From Longimicrobiales bacterium (GTDB lineage: Bacteria > Gemmatimonadota > Gemmatimonadetes > Longimicrobiales > Gaopeijiaceae): a stretch of DNA of 64,000 nt. Shown here in pieces: positions 20,542-31,030 of the stretch. Position 1 is the first letter of the stretch. The number at the start of each line of letters is the position of its first letter. The notes below the pieces were generated by a model. It was not told where the DNA came from, did no database searches, and saw only the letters and a list, made by a program, of their open reading frames with translations. Where the stretch lies: NCBI GenBank assembly GCA_965219445.1, contig CBDCNQ010000004.1, positions 864,001 through 928,000 on the forward strand, written 5' to 3'. A program made the translations under genes and the position numbers.

Positions 20542-22320
20542 TTAGCGCAGCCCTCCCCCGTCAGCTTCCGGGCGCGCCATTTCGGCCCCCAGGCTCTCCA
20601 CAACCGCGGCGGCCGCGGCCGCCAAGCTGTCCGCAACGGCCACTGCCGCAATGCTATCCGCCACTGCCCGGGCCAACGCCCGCTCCTCGGCTTCCAGCAC
20701 CATCGCCGAATACCGTTCGGACACGGGCACGATCCTTCCTCCGACGCGCATGTCCGGCTCGAACCCCGCCGGATAGCCCTCCGCGGGCTCGAGCGCGGCC
20801 TCGGTATAGCGGCTCGAGGCGTTCCAGAGTAGCCACTCGTCGATGCCGGCATCGTAGGTGGCCTGAATCTGTGCCCGGACCTCCGGCGCTTCGTATCGGG
20901 GCGAACCCAGCGTGAAGTCCTGGAGCCAAGGCCGCGTGGCACCAGCACCCTCGACGGCCTTGGAGCGCTCCAATCCAGCCACGAGCGCCTCCCGCACGAT
21001 TTCATACGGGTGACCGTTCGGGTCCAGAATGCCGAAGCTCCCTACCCAATAGTGGGACGGATAGACCATGGGGAGCGCCACCTCGACGGAACCGATGAAG
21101 CGCTCCCAGTACTGGCCGATCCCCACGTCGCCCTCGGCGGACGTCGTGGCCCCGAAGACATCCAACGTCATGGCGACGCCGGAATCCTCCAGTGCGGCCC
21201 GAGCGTAGTCCAGAAACGCCTCGACGGCGTCTCTGCGACGGCGCCCCTCGGCACCCGGGAAAGTGGCCCGGGCGAGATCCTCTTGGGGCGCGTCCGCGAA
21301 ACGGACGTAGTCCCACTGGATCTCAGGGAAGCCGACTGCAGCAGCCTCCTTCGCCAGCTCGACGTGGTAATCCCATACGCGCTGATCGTGGAGGTTGGCC
21401 CAGAGCAGCCCCTTGCTGTCCACCCAGACGCCGCCCGCCGTGTCCTGCACCGCCCAATCCGGCTTTGATCGGATCAGAAGCGGATCCTTGACCATTACGA
21501 TGCGGGCGATCGGATAGATGCCCTCCTTATGAAGCCGCTCGAGGAGCCCTACCAAGTCCCGAATGCGAATCTCCTGATCCGCGCCCGCCTCCTGCGCCGT
21601 CATCACCTCGGTCGGATAGCTCACGTAGCCCGAGGCGTCCTTGAGGTCGATCACGAACGAGTTGACTTCGGTCCGGGCCGCGAGATCGATGAGCGCCTGC
21701 GAGCGGGTGCTAGACCCGGCCGCCCAAGCGTTCACATAAACGCCCTTGACCGCATCGGGCCTGACGAACTCCAGGGGCTCCTCCGGCAGGACCAACCGCG
21801 GCACGGAGCCACCCCCACCGGTCCGGGCTGTTGGCGCGGGAAGGTTCTCGCTCCAATCCTCGGCGAGCCAGGCCAGGGTCCTTTCGCGCCTGCTCACCTG
21901 GGGCTCGTCCTCATCCTCGGCTTGGCTGTCGTCATCTTTGGTGGCGCCGTCGTCATCGTCTGCAACCTCGGCCTGGCCGTCGTCGGTGTCGTGGTCGGCA
22001 CCATGATCGGGATCGGGATCGTCTCCGCTGTGCGCTTCGACGGTATCACCACGACTCACGATGGGTGATCCCTGTTGAGCTTCGGATGAGGCCCGCCTCT
22101 GGAGCACGGGCCTTCCGCTGGCTGCCCTTGAAGTAGGGACCAGATTCTCGGCGACCATGTCCGGGTTCGTCCTCACGTCCGACGCGAGCGCCGATGAGGT
22201 CAAGGCCGCTCCGGGCTCGGACGCCTGGCCCGGCTGAGCCGAATCACTCCCGCACGCGGACAAGAGCACGAGAAGAGTCGCCGTCGAAAGCGGTGGATAT
22301 CGGAAAAGCTGCGGTCGCAA
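20542..22320 (-). CDS. Putative glycoside hydrolase (DUF4015-like) lipoprotein with acidic linker
   Basis: LSAC lipobox; VIDLKD, YPIARI, EIQWDYVRF, PMVYPSH, RPWLQDF; TTG start with RBS. Confidence 0.8.
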   Translation of the reverse strand: MRPQLFRYPPLSTATLLVLLSACGSDSAQPGQASEPGAALTSSALASDVRTNPDMVAENLVPTSRAASGRPVLQRRASSEAQQGSPIVSRGDTVEAHSGDDPDPDHGADHDTDDGQAEVADDDDGATKDDDSQAEDEDEPQVSRRERTLAWLAEDWSENLPAPTARTGGGGSVPRLVLPEEPLEFVRPDAVKGVYVNAWAAGSSTRSQALIDLAARTEVNSFVIDLKDASGYVSYPTEVMTAQEAGADQEIRIRDLVGLLERLHKEGIYPIARIVMVKDPLLIRSKPDWAVQDTAGGVWVDSKGLLWANLHDQRVWDYHVELAKEAAAVGFPEIQWDYVRFADAPQEDLARATFPGAEGRRRRDAVEAFLDYARAALEDSGVAMTLDVFGATTSAEGDVGIGQYWERFIGSVEVALPMVYPSHYWVGSFGILDPNGHPYEIVREALVAGLERSKAVEGAGATRPWLQDFTLGSPRYEAPEVRAQIQATYDAGIDEWLLWNASSRYTEAALEPAEGYPAGFEPDMRVGGRIVPVSERYSAMVLEAEERALARAVADSIAAVAVADSLAAAAAAVVESLGAEMARPEADGGGLR

Positions 22321-22322
22321 AG

Positions 22323-23726
22323 TCAGATCTCCCCTTCGGAGAGAGTCCCCCGCTGATCTTGGCCGGGCAAGAACCGGGTGATCAGGTCGGCCGTGCACTC
22401 GGCCGATCCTCGACGATGTTCAATATACTCCATGGCACGCTGACTGGCGTCCTCATTTTTTCTTCGTACCTCGAGCCACTCCGTCAGAGCGTGGGTGAGC
22501 GCCTCTGCATCCGTAACTGAACGCGCAGCACCAGCGGCCAGAAGGCGAGTCGCATGGACCGAGCCCCGGTACCTAGGTCCGATGAGCAACGGCAACGCGG
22601 CCGCCGCCGGCTCGAGCACAGAGTGAAGGCCACCTGTGTGAAATCCCCCGCCCACGTAGGCTACTGACGCCAGCGTGTAGAGGTCGGGCAGCACGCCGAC
22701 GCGGTCCACGAGAATCGCGTCGGCACCATGGTCCGCCCGACCGTCGAGGGCTTCCTCGGCTCCCTCGGCTCGCTCGGCTCCCTCGACTCCCTCAGCCTCA
22801 CTGGCTCTCTCGATTTCCCCGAGGAGTGCGGGTGTCCATCCATCTGCCGCCAACGCCCGACCGAGTCCGGCGAAGTCGTAGACGTCAGGCTCGTGAGGGG
22901 CCAAGACGATCCGTAGCCCAGGGACCGACTCGCGTACGCGAGCCACCGCCGGGAGGAGCACCTCCACGTCCGACGGCCACGTCGAGCCAGCGACCAGGAT
23001 CGGCCCTCGTTCGCCACCGAAGATGCGCATATGGGGTGCCTCGCGGTCGATTCCAGCCACGCGGTCCCGAACCGCGTCGATCCCGGGGTCACCGGTCACC
23101 GTCACGCGATCGCTCGTCACCCCGAGGAGACCAAATCGCTCACCGTCCTCCTTGGATACCGCGGCGACCGCTCGAAGGCTCCGAAACGCGGCGCCAAGCA
23201 GGAGCCGGCCCGGCCAACTGAGCCTTCCCGCCCCTTCCGGCATCGTACCCGCAATGAGGACGGTCGGCACGCCGCGAACTCCCGCCTCTTCGGCCAGGGT
23301 CGGCCAGACCTCGCGCTGCGTGAAGACGATGACGGACGGCATAAAGGCGTCCAGGACGGGTCCCATCACTCCGGGAAGATCCCACGGCAGGTAGGAACAC
23401 ACGTCAGCTGGAAAATCCTCGCACACGCGCTCGGCGGAGGGTGAGAAGAACGTGAAGACGACCTGGAGCCCGGGTGTGCGCCTGCGAAGTACGTCGATGA
23501 CGGCTCGAGCCTGGATCGATTCACCGACCGATGAGGCGTGGACCCAGATAACAAGCGGATCGACAGAGGCCGTGGCGCTGGCGCGCCCCCATGCAGATAA
23601 CCGCCCGTGGGCATCACGCCTGCCCCGCAGTCCCCGGGAAAGCTTGGACTCCCCGCCAATCATGGCCGGAGACAGGGCGCGAAAAACCCGCAACGCGGTT
23701 CGGTACAACGCCTGGGGAAGTGCCAT
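22323..23726 (-). CDS. waaA: Kdo transferase
   Basis: WVHASSVGE, TFFSPS, YLPWD, AGSTW, YVGGGF, SVLEPA. Confidence 0.9.
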   Translation of the reverse strand: MALPQALYRTALRVFRALSPAMIGGESKLSRGLRGRRDAHGRLSAWGRASATASVDPLVIWVHASSVGESIQARAVIDVLRRRTPGLQVVFTFFSPSAERVCEDFPADVCSYLPWDLPGVMGPVLDAFMPSVIVFTQREVWPTLAEEAGVRGVPTVLIAGTMPEGAGRLSWPGRLLLGAAFRSLRAVAAVSKEDGERFGLLGVTSDRVTVTGDPGIDAVRDRVAGIDREAPHMRIFGGERGPILVAGSTWPSDVEVLLPAVARVRESVPGLRIVLAPHEPDVYDFAGLGRALAADGWTPALLGEIERASEAEGVEGAERAEGAEEALDGRADHGADAILVDRVGVLPDLYTLASVAYVGGGFHTGGLHSVLEPAAAALPLLIGPRYRGSVHATRLLAAGAARSVTDAEALTHALTEWLEVRRKNEDASQRAMEYIEHRRGSAECTADLITRFLPGQDQRGTLSEGEI

Positions 23727-23951
23727 GGCGGACGATGCCCCTCCGGCAAGCTGCTCCACAAGGCTGCTTGCCAAAGACCTTGTGTCTAGATTCTCGTACA
23801 GAGGCGGCCCCTGCGGTCTGGACTCCGTAGTGGAGTTGTGGAGCACCATATCTTATGACATAGGTATTACATAGGGAGTCGAAGCTCTAAGACATCGAGG
23901 ACAGCTTACGTCATGCGACAGGGGAGTACGTTGCGAGAGATCAATGGCGCC

Positions 23952-25019
23952 ATGAACCGACGGTTCTGGGTGCGCTTTTCGATGGGCGCCGGCGCCGTGG
24001 TCCTGATCGCCTCCCTCGCCTCGGCGTGCTCGCCCTTGTACGTGATCCGCGCGGGCATCGCAGAGGCGAAGATCCTGCGTGCCCGTCGCCCCATCCCCGA
24101 GGTAATTCTCGATCCCGCCACCGATGATCGCGCCAAAACCAAGCTCACGTTCGTGATGGAGGCGCGGATTTACGCCATCGACGTGTTCGGACTCGACGTC
24201 GGGCGCTCATACACGTCCTTTACCCAACTGGAGTCCGACACACTCGCCATGGTCCTTTCCGCGGCCCAGCAAGACCAACTCACGCCGAAGACGTGGTGGT
24301 TTCCGATCGTTGGGAGGGTCCCATACAAGGGGTACTTCGATGAGGGCGCCGCGATGCGGGAGCAGGAGAAGCTCGAGGAGGATGGCTTCGATACTTTTCT
24401 GCGGCCCACCGCAGCGTTTAGTACGCTCGGGTGGTTCGCGGATCCGCTTCTGTCCACACTCATGCGGCTCGATGAGGTCGATCTGGTCGAAACCGTGCTT
24501 CACGAGCTGGCCCATAACCACCTCTTCGTGAAGGGACAGGTCCGGTTCAACGAGAGCTTCGCCACGTTCGTCGGGAGAGCGGGCGCGATCGAATTCTTCT
24601 GCAACCGCGAGGGGGGCGGCCCCGATACGGTGAAGTGCCTCCGGGCTCAAGCCCGCTGGCGCGACCACCGACGGTTCGAGGACTTCATCAACGGTCTCGT
24701 GGAGGAGCTGCAGGTCGTATACCAGGACACGACGGTCACGTTCGACACCAAGCTTTCTGAGCGAGAGCGCATTTTCGACGAAAGCTTGGAGAGATTCGCG
24801 ACCGAGGTCCAGCCCTCCTTTGAAGCGAGCACGTACCAGAACTTTCTGGTCGTTCCGCTCAACAACGCCACGTTGTTGACACGCGTCCGCTACAACCACC
24901 GCCTGCAGGACTTCCAGACCCTCATGGAGCGGGAGGGCGACCTGCGCCGGGCCGTACAATACCTCAAGGACGGCGTGGACGGCGTGGACGATCCATTCGA
25001 CCTGCTTCCCGTCGGTTGA
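23952..25019 (+). CDS. Putative zinc aminopeptidase (DUF2265-like) lipoprotein
   Basis: WWFPIVG.VPYKGYF, AFSTLGWF.DP, HELAH, FNESFA. Confidence 0.85.
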   Translation: MNRRFWVRFSMGAGAVVLIASLASACSPLYVIRAGIAEAKILRARRPIPEVILDPATDDRAKTKLTFVMEARIYAIDVFGLDVGRSYTSFTQLESDTLAMVLSAAQQDQLTPKTWWFPIVGRVPYKGYFDEGAAMREQEKLEEDGFDTFLRPTAAFSTLGWFADPLLSTLMRLDEVDLVETVLHELAHNHLFVKGQVRFNESFATFVGRAGAIEFFCNREGGGPDTVKCLRAQARWRDHRRFEDFINGLVEELQVVYQDTTVTFDTKLSERERIFDESLERFATEVQPSFEASTYQNFLVVPLNNATLLTRVRYNHRLQDFQTLMEREGDLRRAVQYLKDGVDGVDDPFDLLPVG

Positions 25020-26893
25020 CCGACCCCCTCGAGGCCTACGCGCACCGGGAGGCCGAGGCGTCTCGGTCGGCCGACTTCTGGCGGACCCGCTTCGACAGCC
25101 TGGCCAACCTGAGGATGGGCGTGATCCTGGCCTTGGTCGCGGTGGGCATCGTGTACGTCACCGCCCCGGACGCCCGGATGTTTCTCATCGCGCTCGCCCT
25201 GGCGCTCTTCGTGATCTTCATGGTGCTGGTGGTGAAGCATTCACGTATCCGCCACCAGGAGATCTGGTACCGGGAATTGGCCCAGGTGGCGCTCGAGGCG
25301 GGGCATCGGCGGCTACGCCGCTGGGAGGAGTTTTCCGACCCCGGCCCTGAGCCGCCGCCTGACCATCCGTACGCGGACGACCTCGACGTGTTCGGTCACG
25401 CGTCACTACACGTGCTCTTGGCAACCACGAGCACGCGCCCCGGAGCCGACATGCTCACGGATTGGCTCCTGGCCCCTGCCCCTCCAGAGATCGTAAGCCG
25501 GCGCCAGAATGCCGTGCGGGAGTTGGCGCCGGCGATCGAGTTCCGAGACGACCTTCAGGCCTTGGGCCGCATCGCAGGACCCGTCGAGCCCAAGCAGCTC
25601 CGACTGCTCCTGGAGTGGGCCGAAAGCCCCGTATGGCTATTGCCGAAGTGGGGCCTGAGATGGCTAAGCGTTGTGCTGCCGATGGTTCTGATCGCTACGG
25701 CGAGCCTCCACATCTTCGCCGGCATGCCGTATCTGTGGATCGTCCCCGTCGCATTCGCAATGGGTGTCGCCAGGCGCTACACCCCACGCATTCACGACGA
25801 CTTCACACGAACCTCCAGCGGGGAGTCGGGCCTCCGACGATATCATACCCTCGTGGCGCACATCGCGAACGGACGATTCGAGGATCCACTCCTGGCCGAG
25901 CTTCGTGAGGGTCTCATCCGGAGTGGCGACACCCCGGCCGAGTCCGAGACGCCGGCTCAGTCTGAAGCCCCGGCTGAGGCTCTGGCGCGCCTCTTTCGGC
26001 TCGTGGAGCTGTCCAACGTCCGATACAACGGACAGGTCCACTACCCCTTGAACATCGCGACCCTATGGGACGTCCACGTGCTCGTGAGGCTGGAGCGTTG
26101 GAAGCAACGGCACGGGGGGGCGGTTCGCGGTTGGATGGCGGCCCTGGGCCGGGCCGATGCGCTCTCGGCCTTCGCCGGACTCGCGCACGCACACCCCGAC
26201 TGGGCCTTTCCGGAGATCAAGGATGGCCAGGCCGACGAACCGCCTCGATTGGAGGCTCTGGCGCTCGGGCATCCTCTTCTCTCCCCGGAGAGCGTGGTAC
26301 GCAATGACGTCGGCCTTGGACCCCCGGGCGGGTTACTGCTCGTCACCGGCTCCAACATGTCCGGCAAGAGCACGCTACTCAGGGCCATTGGCGCCAACGT
26401 TATCCTCGCTGGCGCGGGTGGGCCCGTCTGCGCCGAGGCGATGGCCCTCCCCGTCGCGGATCTCCGTACGAGCATGCGTATCCGCGACTCACTCGAGGAA
26501 GGGATCTCCTACTTCATGGCCGAGCTCCAGCGCCTCAAGGCCGTGTGCGATGCCGCAAGCGCGGCCCGGGGACGGCCCGTCCTCTACCTCCTCGACGAAT
26601 TGCTCCTGGGCACGAACACCGCCGAGCGGCAGATCGCGGCCCGCCGCATCCTACATCACCTCCTGGATCAAAACGCCATCGGTGCGGTGACGACCCATGA
26701 CCTCACACTGGCTGACGCGGAGGATCTCAAGGACCACACCGTGCTCGTACACTTCCGTGAGTCCCTGGACACCCGTGAGGATGGCCCGCCCATCACGTTC
26801 GACTACCGACTTCGCCCCGGACTCGCGACCTCGACGAACGCGCTTCGGCTCATGGAGATCATGGGGCTCGCGGCGCCGGAGAATGAGGGCTGA
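25016..26893 (+). CDS. Membrane-anchored MutS-family ATPase (domain V, no mismatch-binding domain)
   Basis: TMs; TGSNMSGKST, SYFMAEL, LLDE..GTN, TTHD. Confidence 0.9.
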   Translation: MTDPLEAYAHREAEASRSADFWRTRFDSLANLRMGVILALVAVGIVYVTAPDARMFLIALALALFVIFMVLVVKHSRIRHQEIWYRELAQVALEAGHRRLRRWEEFSDPGPEPPPDHPYADDLDVFGHASLHVLLATTSTRPGADMLTDWLLAPAPPEIVSRRQNAVRELAPAIEFRDDLQALGRIAGPVEPKQLRLLLEWAESPVWLLPKWGLRWLSVVLPMVLIATASLHIFAGMPYLWIVPVAFAMGVARRYTPRIHDDFTRTSSGESGLRRYHTLVAHIANGRFEDPLLAELREGLIRSGDTPAESETPAQSEAPAEALARLFRLVELSNVRYNGQVHYPLNIATLWDVHVLVRLERWKQRHGGAVRGWMAALGRADALSAFAGLAHAHPDWAFPEIKDGQADEPPRLEALALGHPLLSPESVVRNDVGLGPPGGLLLVTGSNMSGKSTLLRAIGANVILAGAGGPVCAEAMALPVADLRTSMRIRDSLEEGISYFMAELQRLKAVCDAASAARGRPVLYLLDELLLGTNTAERQIAARRILHHLLDQNAIGAVTTHDLTLADAEDLKDHTVLVHFRESLDTREDGPPITFDYRLRPGLATSTNALRLMEIMGLAAPENEG

Positions 26894-27093
26894 GCGGGTC
26901 AACGGGGCGAGCTAGTCGCCTTGTCGCTTCGCCGGTAAGTATTGGGCGTGACAAGCTGCATTCCCCGCCATACTTTCTGAGCACGCGGGTTCCGTTGGTC
27001 GGTTGAACCGCCTGCCCCTGTCCCCGGGTAGGCACCGCGTTGACGGGGAGCGCACCAGTCATTGGATTCACGTGGTTTCACCGGAGCAGGACT

Positions 27094-28245
27094 ATGCAAC
27101 GCATCACAAGACTAACTTTGGCTCTCTCGACGGTTGTAGCTCTCGCGAGCCCCGCCCTTGTCAATGCCCAGGCGATGTCCTCAGCCGAGCCATTCAAGGT
27201 CGGGACCTTCGAGATTGACGGCGCGCGGACGGTAGGGGTCGTCCTCAGAGACGCTCTGATCATCGACATCGCGGCGGCGAACACGGCGCTCGAGGTCGAT
27301 CCGATGTACGCACACGTCAACGCGCCGGCGGACATGCTCGAGCTGATCGGGCAGTACGAGTACGGTCTCAAGTACCGGATCTACGAGATCGTCAACAACG
27401 TGGTGGGCAACAACCTGCTTGGAGCAGACTACGTTCACCGTGTCGAGGACGTGGACATCCTTCCTCCGATCATGTATCCCAGCAAGGTCATGAACGCTGC
27501 AGTCAACTTCTACTCGCACGCGTGTGAAGGCTGCACCGAGGAGGAGCTGGCGGCGAGGACCCGGGAGCGGCAGGAGAATCGGGGGGTGCCGTACCTGTTC
27601 CTCAAGCCGACCCGCGGCGCGGTCATTGGCAGCGGCGATGACATTGTGATGCCGTATGGCCGTGACCGGATCGAATGGGAAGTCGAGATGGCTATCGTAT
27701 TCGGCCGCGCGGGCAAGTACATCTCTGCGAGGCGCGCTTACGACCACGTGTTCGGCTACATGGTCGCCATGGATATATCCGATCGTGGCGGGCGTCCTCC
27801 GGGTGGCTACGGCTCCGGTCAGGACTGGTTCGTCGGTAAGGGCCATGACACGTTCGCGCCCCAGGGGCCGTGGATTGTTCCAAAGGAGTTCTACGGCGAT
27901 CCGATGCAGCGCCTGCACCAGAGCCTGGTCATCGACGGCGTGACCGTCCAGGAGGCCAGGGCGGGGGACATGATCCACAATATCCCGGAGCTAATCGAGT
28001 ACGCATCGTCGCTCATCACCGTATTTCCCGGTGACGTTCTGCAAAGCGGGACGTCGGGCGGAACGGGCGCTGGCCGCGTCGAGCGCGAGACAGGCTCGGG
28101 GTACCTTCAGGCTGGTGAGACGATCCAAGCCACCATCGAGGGTATCGGGACGCTAAGGCACACCGTCCTCGCTGAGGACCGCGTTCCGGACGATCTGTCC
28201 GGCGCACAACTGCCTCCAACTAGGACGTACCGCCCGGGCAACTGA
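27094..28245 (+). CDS. Fumarylacetoacetate hydrolase family protein with signal peptide
   Basis: LFLKP, WEVE, DISDR, GKGHDTFAPQGP, PGDV..GT; Sec-type leader. Confidence 0.9.
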   Translation: MQRITRLTLALSTVVALASPALVNAQAMSSAEPFKVGTFEIDGARTVGVVLRDALIIDIAAANTALEVDPMYAHVNAPADMLELIGQYEYGLKYRIYEIVNNVVGNNLLGADYVHRVEDVDILPPIMYPSKVMNAAVNFYSHACEGCTEEELAARTRERQENRGVPYLFLKPTRGAVIGSGDDIVMPYGRDRIEWEVEMAIVFGRAGKYISARRAYDHVFGYMVAMDISDRGGRPPGGYGSGQDWFVGKGHDTFAPQGPWIVPKEFYGDPMQRLHQSLVIDGVTVQEARAGDMIHNIPELIEYASSLITVFPGDVLQSGTSGGTGAGRVERETGSGYLQAGETIQATIEGIGTLRHTVLAEDRVPDDLSGAQLPPTRTYRPGN

Positions 28246-28277
28246 GGGCTTGGGCCCAGCGAAGGCCATCAGGACAA

Positions 28278-28317
28278 AGCGCCGGCCGGGATATCCCCGG
28301 CCGGCGCTCTTCTGTTT
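28278..28317 (+). terminator. Rho-independent terminator
   Basis: 13-bp perfect stem AGCGCCGGCCGGG / CCCGGCCGGCGCT followed by CTTCTGTTT. Confidence 0.75.
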
Positions 28318-28450
28318 CAGCGACCCTCGTTCCACGCGTTGTAATGCCCCTGCCCCCTTTGTAGGTTAGGGGCAAAATTCTCCGGGGTGGACTTTCTTGC
28401 GCTTTCTACGGCATGGCCCTCTCTCAGGCGCACGCCTCCTTCAGATATAG

Positions 28451-31030
28451 ATGAGCAGCGACGGAACCGGCGGTTACAACCCGTCTGAAGTAGAGGCTAA
28501 GTGGCAGCGCCGATGGGAGGAGCTGGGCACCAACGCCTTCACCGGTGACGCCCTCCAGACCGCCGAAGACCGCTACTACCAGTTGATGATGTTTCCCTAC
28601 CCCTCCGCCGAGGGACTGCACGTGGGCAACATCTATGCGTTCACCGGCGCGGACGTTCACGGACGCTTCCACCGCCTCACCGGTAAGCGGGTCTTCGAGC
28701 CGATCGGCTTCGATGCGTTCGGCATCCATTCCGAGAACTTCGCGCTGAAGCAGGGCGTTCACCCGATGGATCTCATCCCGTCGAACGTCGCCAACTTCAC
28801 CAGGCAGCTGCGGCGTATCGGTGGGATGTTCGACTGGAACCATTCGGTCGACACGACGGACCCTGACTACTACCGCTGGACGCAGTGGATCTTCATTCAG
28901 CTGTTCAACGCGGGGCTGGCCGTGCACAAGGAAGCCCCGGTCAACTGGTGCCCCTCGTGCATGACGGTCCTGGCGAACGAGCAGGTGATCTCCGGACTTT
29001 GCGAGCGATGCAATACACCCGTCGAACAGCGGCGCATCGCGCAGTGGTTCTTCCGGATCACGGAATACGCGCAGCGGTTGCTCGACAATCTCGAGGTGCT
29101 CGACTGGTCGGAGACCACGAAGAAGGCACAGCACAACTGGATCGGTCGAAGAGAGGGGGCCATCCTGCGCTTCCCGATTCTGACTCCGGAGCAAGTGGAC
29201 GACGGGGATCCCCCGACCTTGGTTCTGGACCGAGGAGCCGGAGGGCCCGATCCCGAGGTGGTCGGACCTGGGATCGATGTCTTCACTACCCGCCCCGACA
29301 CGGTCTTCGGGGCGACCTACATGGTGCTCTCGCCCGAGCACCCGCTGGTGGACGAAGTTACCGGTCGGGAGCAGGCGGAAGCCGTCGCGGCATACCGAGA
29401 GCAAGCGGCCGCCAAGGATCTCGTGACTCGCCAGAAGGTCGAGAAGACCAAGACGGGCGTGCCAACGGGAGAGCATTGTCTAAATCCGGCCACCGGGCAG
29501 CCGATTCCCATCTGGGTAGCCGACTACGTGCTCATGGAATACGGAACCGGGGCCATCATGGCGGTTCCCGGTCACGACGAGCGTGACTTCGACTTCGCCG
29601 AGGCCATGGGTCTGCCCATCGTGCGCGTGGTGGCGGGCGACGGTGCCGGCGCGGACACGCCCCTCTCCGAGGCGTACGTGGGCGATGGCGTGATGGTCAA
29701 TTCCGGGCGTTTCGACGGAATGGCCGTCGCCGACGCCAAGCCGGCTATCGCGGCATGGTTGGCCGAAAGCGGAAGCGGCGAGACCCGGGTGAACTACCGC
29801 CTGCACGACTGGTGCATCTCGCGGCAACGCTACTGGGGTCCGCCCATTCCGATCATCCACTGTGAAGCGTGCGGACCGGTGGCGGTGCCCGAGGACGATC
29901 TGCCGGTGGTATTGCCGAGGGTCGAGGACTTCAAGCCGGACGATTCCGGCGTGAGCCCACTTGCACGCGTCGAGGAGTGGTACCGGATCGACTGTCCGCA
30001 GTGCGGAGCCCCGGCCCGCAGAGAGACCGACGTCTCGGACACGTTCTTGGACAGCTCCTGGTATTTCCTGCGCTACCCGTCGACGGAACGGGCCGACGTG
30101 CCGTTCGATGGCGAGCTGATGCGCCGGTGGCTGCCCGTCGACTGTTACATCGGCGGAAACGAACACGCCGTCCTGCATCTCCTCTACGCACGCTTCATCA
30201 CGATGGCCCTCCATGACCTGGGCCACCTCGAATTCGATGAGCCGTTCACCCGCTTCCGCGCCCACGGCATGATCATCCGAGAGGGCGCGAAGATGTCCAA
30301 GAGCAGGGGAAACGTGATCATCCCGGACGAGATCATCGAACGATGTGGAGCCGACACGTTCCGCACCTACCTCATGTTTCTGGGTCCGTATGAAGAGGGC
30401 GGCGACTATCAGGACGAGGGTATCCAAGGACCCCATGGATTCCTGCATCGCGTGTATGAGACGGTCGCCACCGCGGTGGAGCGCGACGCGGCTTCCGACC
30501 ACAACGGGGGCGCCGAGAGCAACGGAGAGCCCGATAAAGGCGCCGCGTCCGACCCGGACGTCGAGCGAAAGCTCCACCAGACCATTCGCCAGGTTACCCA
30601 CCAGATGCCCGAGCTCGGGTTCAACACATCCGTCGCCGCCATGATGGAGTACCTGAACGCCGTTCGCGCGGGCGGCCGCACGGCCACGCCAAGCGAGATC
30701 GAGCCCCTTGTGGTCATGATCGCGCCCTTTGCTCCCCACATGGCCGAAGAGCTTTGGGCACACCTGGGCCACGACGGCAGCATTTTCGACGGGGCCAACT
30801 GGCCTGCGTTCGACGAGACCAAGACGCGTGAGGCGTCCGTGAGGCTGGCCGTCCAGGTGAACGGGAAGCTCCGTGCCACCGTCGAGGGACCGGCCGGGAT
30901 GGATCAGGACGCGGCCGAGGCCGTCGCACGATCCGATGAAAACGTCGCACGCTACCTCGACGGGGCCACGCTGAAGCGCGTCGTCTACGTACGGAACAGA
31001 CTCCTCAACTTCGTAGTGGAGCAAGCCTGA
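28451..31030 (+). CDS. leuS: Leucyl-tRNA synthetase
   Basis: [42 protein letters not shown]. Confidence 0.98.
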   Translation: MSSDGTGGYNPSEVEAKWQRRWEELGTNAFTGDALQTAEDRYYQLMMFPYPSAEGLHVGNIYAFTGADVHGRFHRLTGKRVFEPIGFDAFGIHSENFALKQGVHPMDLIPSNVANFTRQLRRIGGMFDWNHSVDTTDPDYYRWTQWIFIQLFNAGLAVHKEAPVNWCPSCMTVLANEQVISGLCERCNTPVEQRRIAQWFFRITEYAQRLLDNLEVLDWSETTKKAQHNWIGRREGAILRFPILTPEQVDDGDPPTLVLDRGAGGPDPEVVGPGIDVFTTRPDTVFGATYMVLSPEHPLVDEVTGREQAEAVAAYREQAAAKDLVTRQKVEKTKTGVPTGEHCLNPATGQPIPIWVADYVLMEYGTGAIMAVPGHDERDFDFAEAMGLPIVRVVAGDGAGADTPLSEAYVGDGVMVNSGRFDGMAVADAKPAIAAWLAESGSGETRVNYRLHDWCISRQRYWGPPIPIIHCEACGPVAVPEDDLPVVLPRVEDFKPDDSGVSPLARVEEWYRIDCPQCGAPARRETDVSDTFLDSSWYFLRYPSTERADVPFDGELMRRWLPVDCYIGGNEHAVLHLLYARFITMALHDLGHLEFDEPFTRFRAHGMIIREGAKMSKSRGNVIIPDEIIERCGADTFRTYLMFLGPYEEGGDYQDEGIQGPHGFLHRVYETVATAVERDAASDHNGGAESNGEPDKGAASDPDVERKLHQTIRQVTHQMPELGFNTSVAAMMEYLNAVRAGGRTATPSEIEPLVVMIAPFAPHMAEELWAHLGHDGSIFDGANWPAFDETKTREASVRLAVQVNGKLRATVEGPAGMDQDAAEAVARSDENVARYLDGATLKRVVYVRNRLLNFVVEQA

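Noticed and set aside
23727..23951. ncRNA in the lower-GC waaA/aminopeptidase spacer
   Set aside because: Only a short hairpin and a 7-bp ACATAGG direct repeat; consistent with divergent promoters
28320..28450. T-box riboswitch upstream of leuS
   Set aside because: Leader is short, with no T-box consensus; only a weak hairpin
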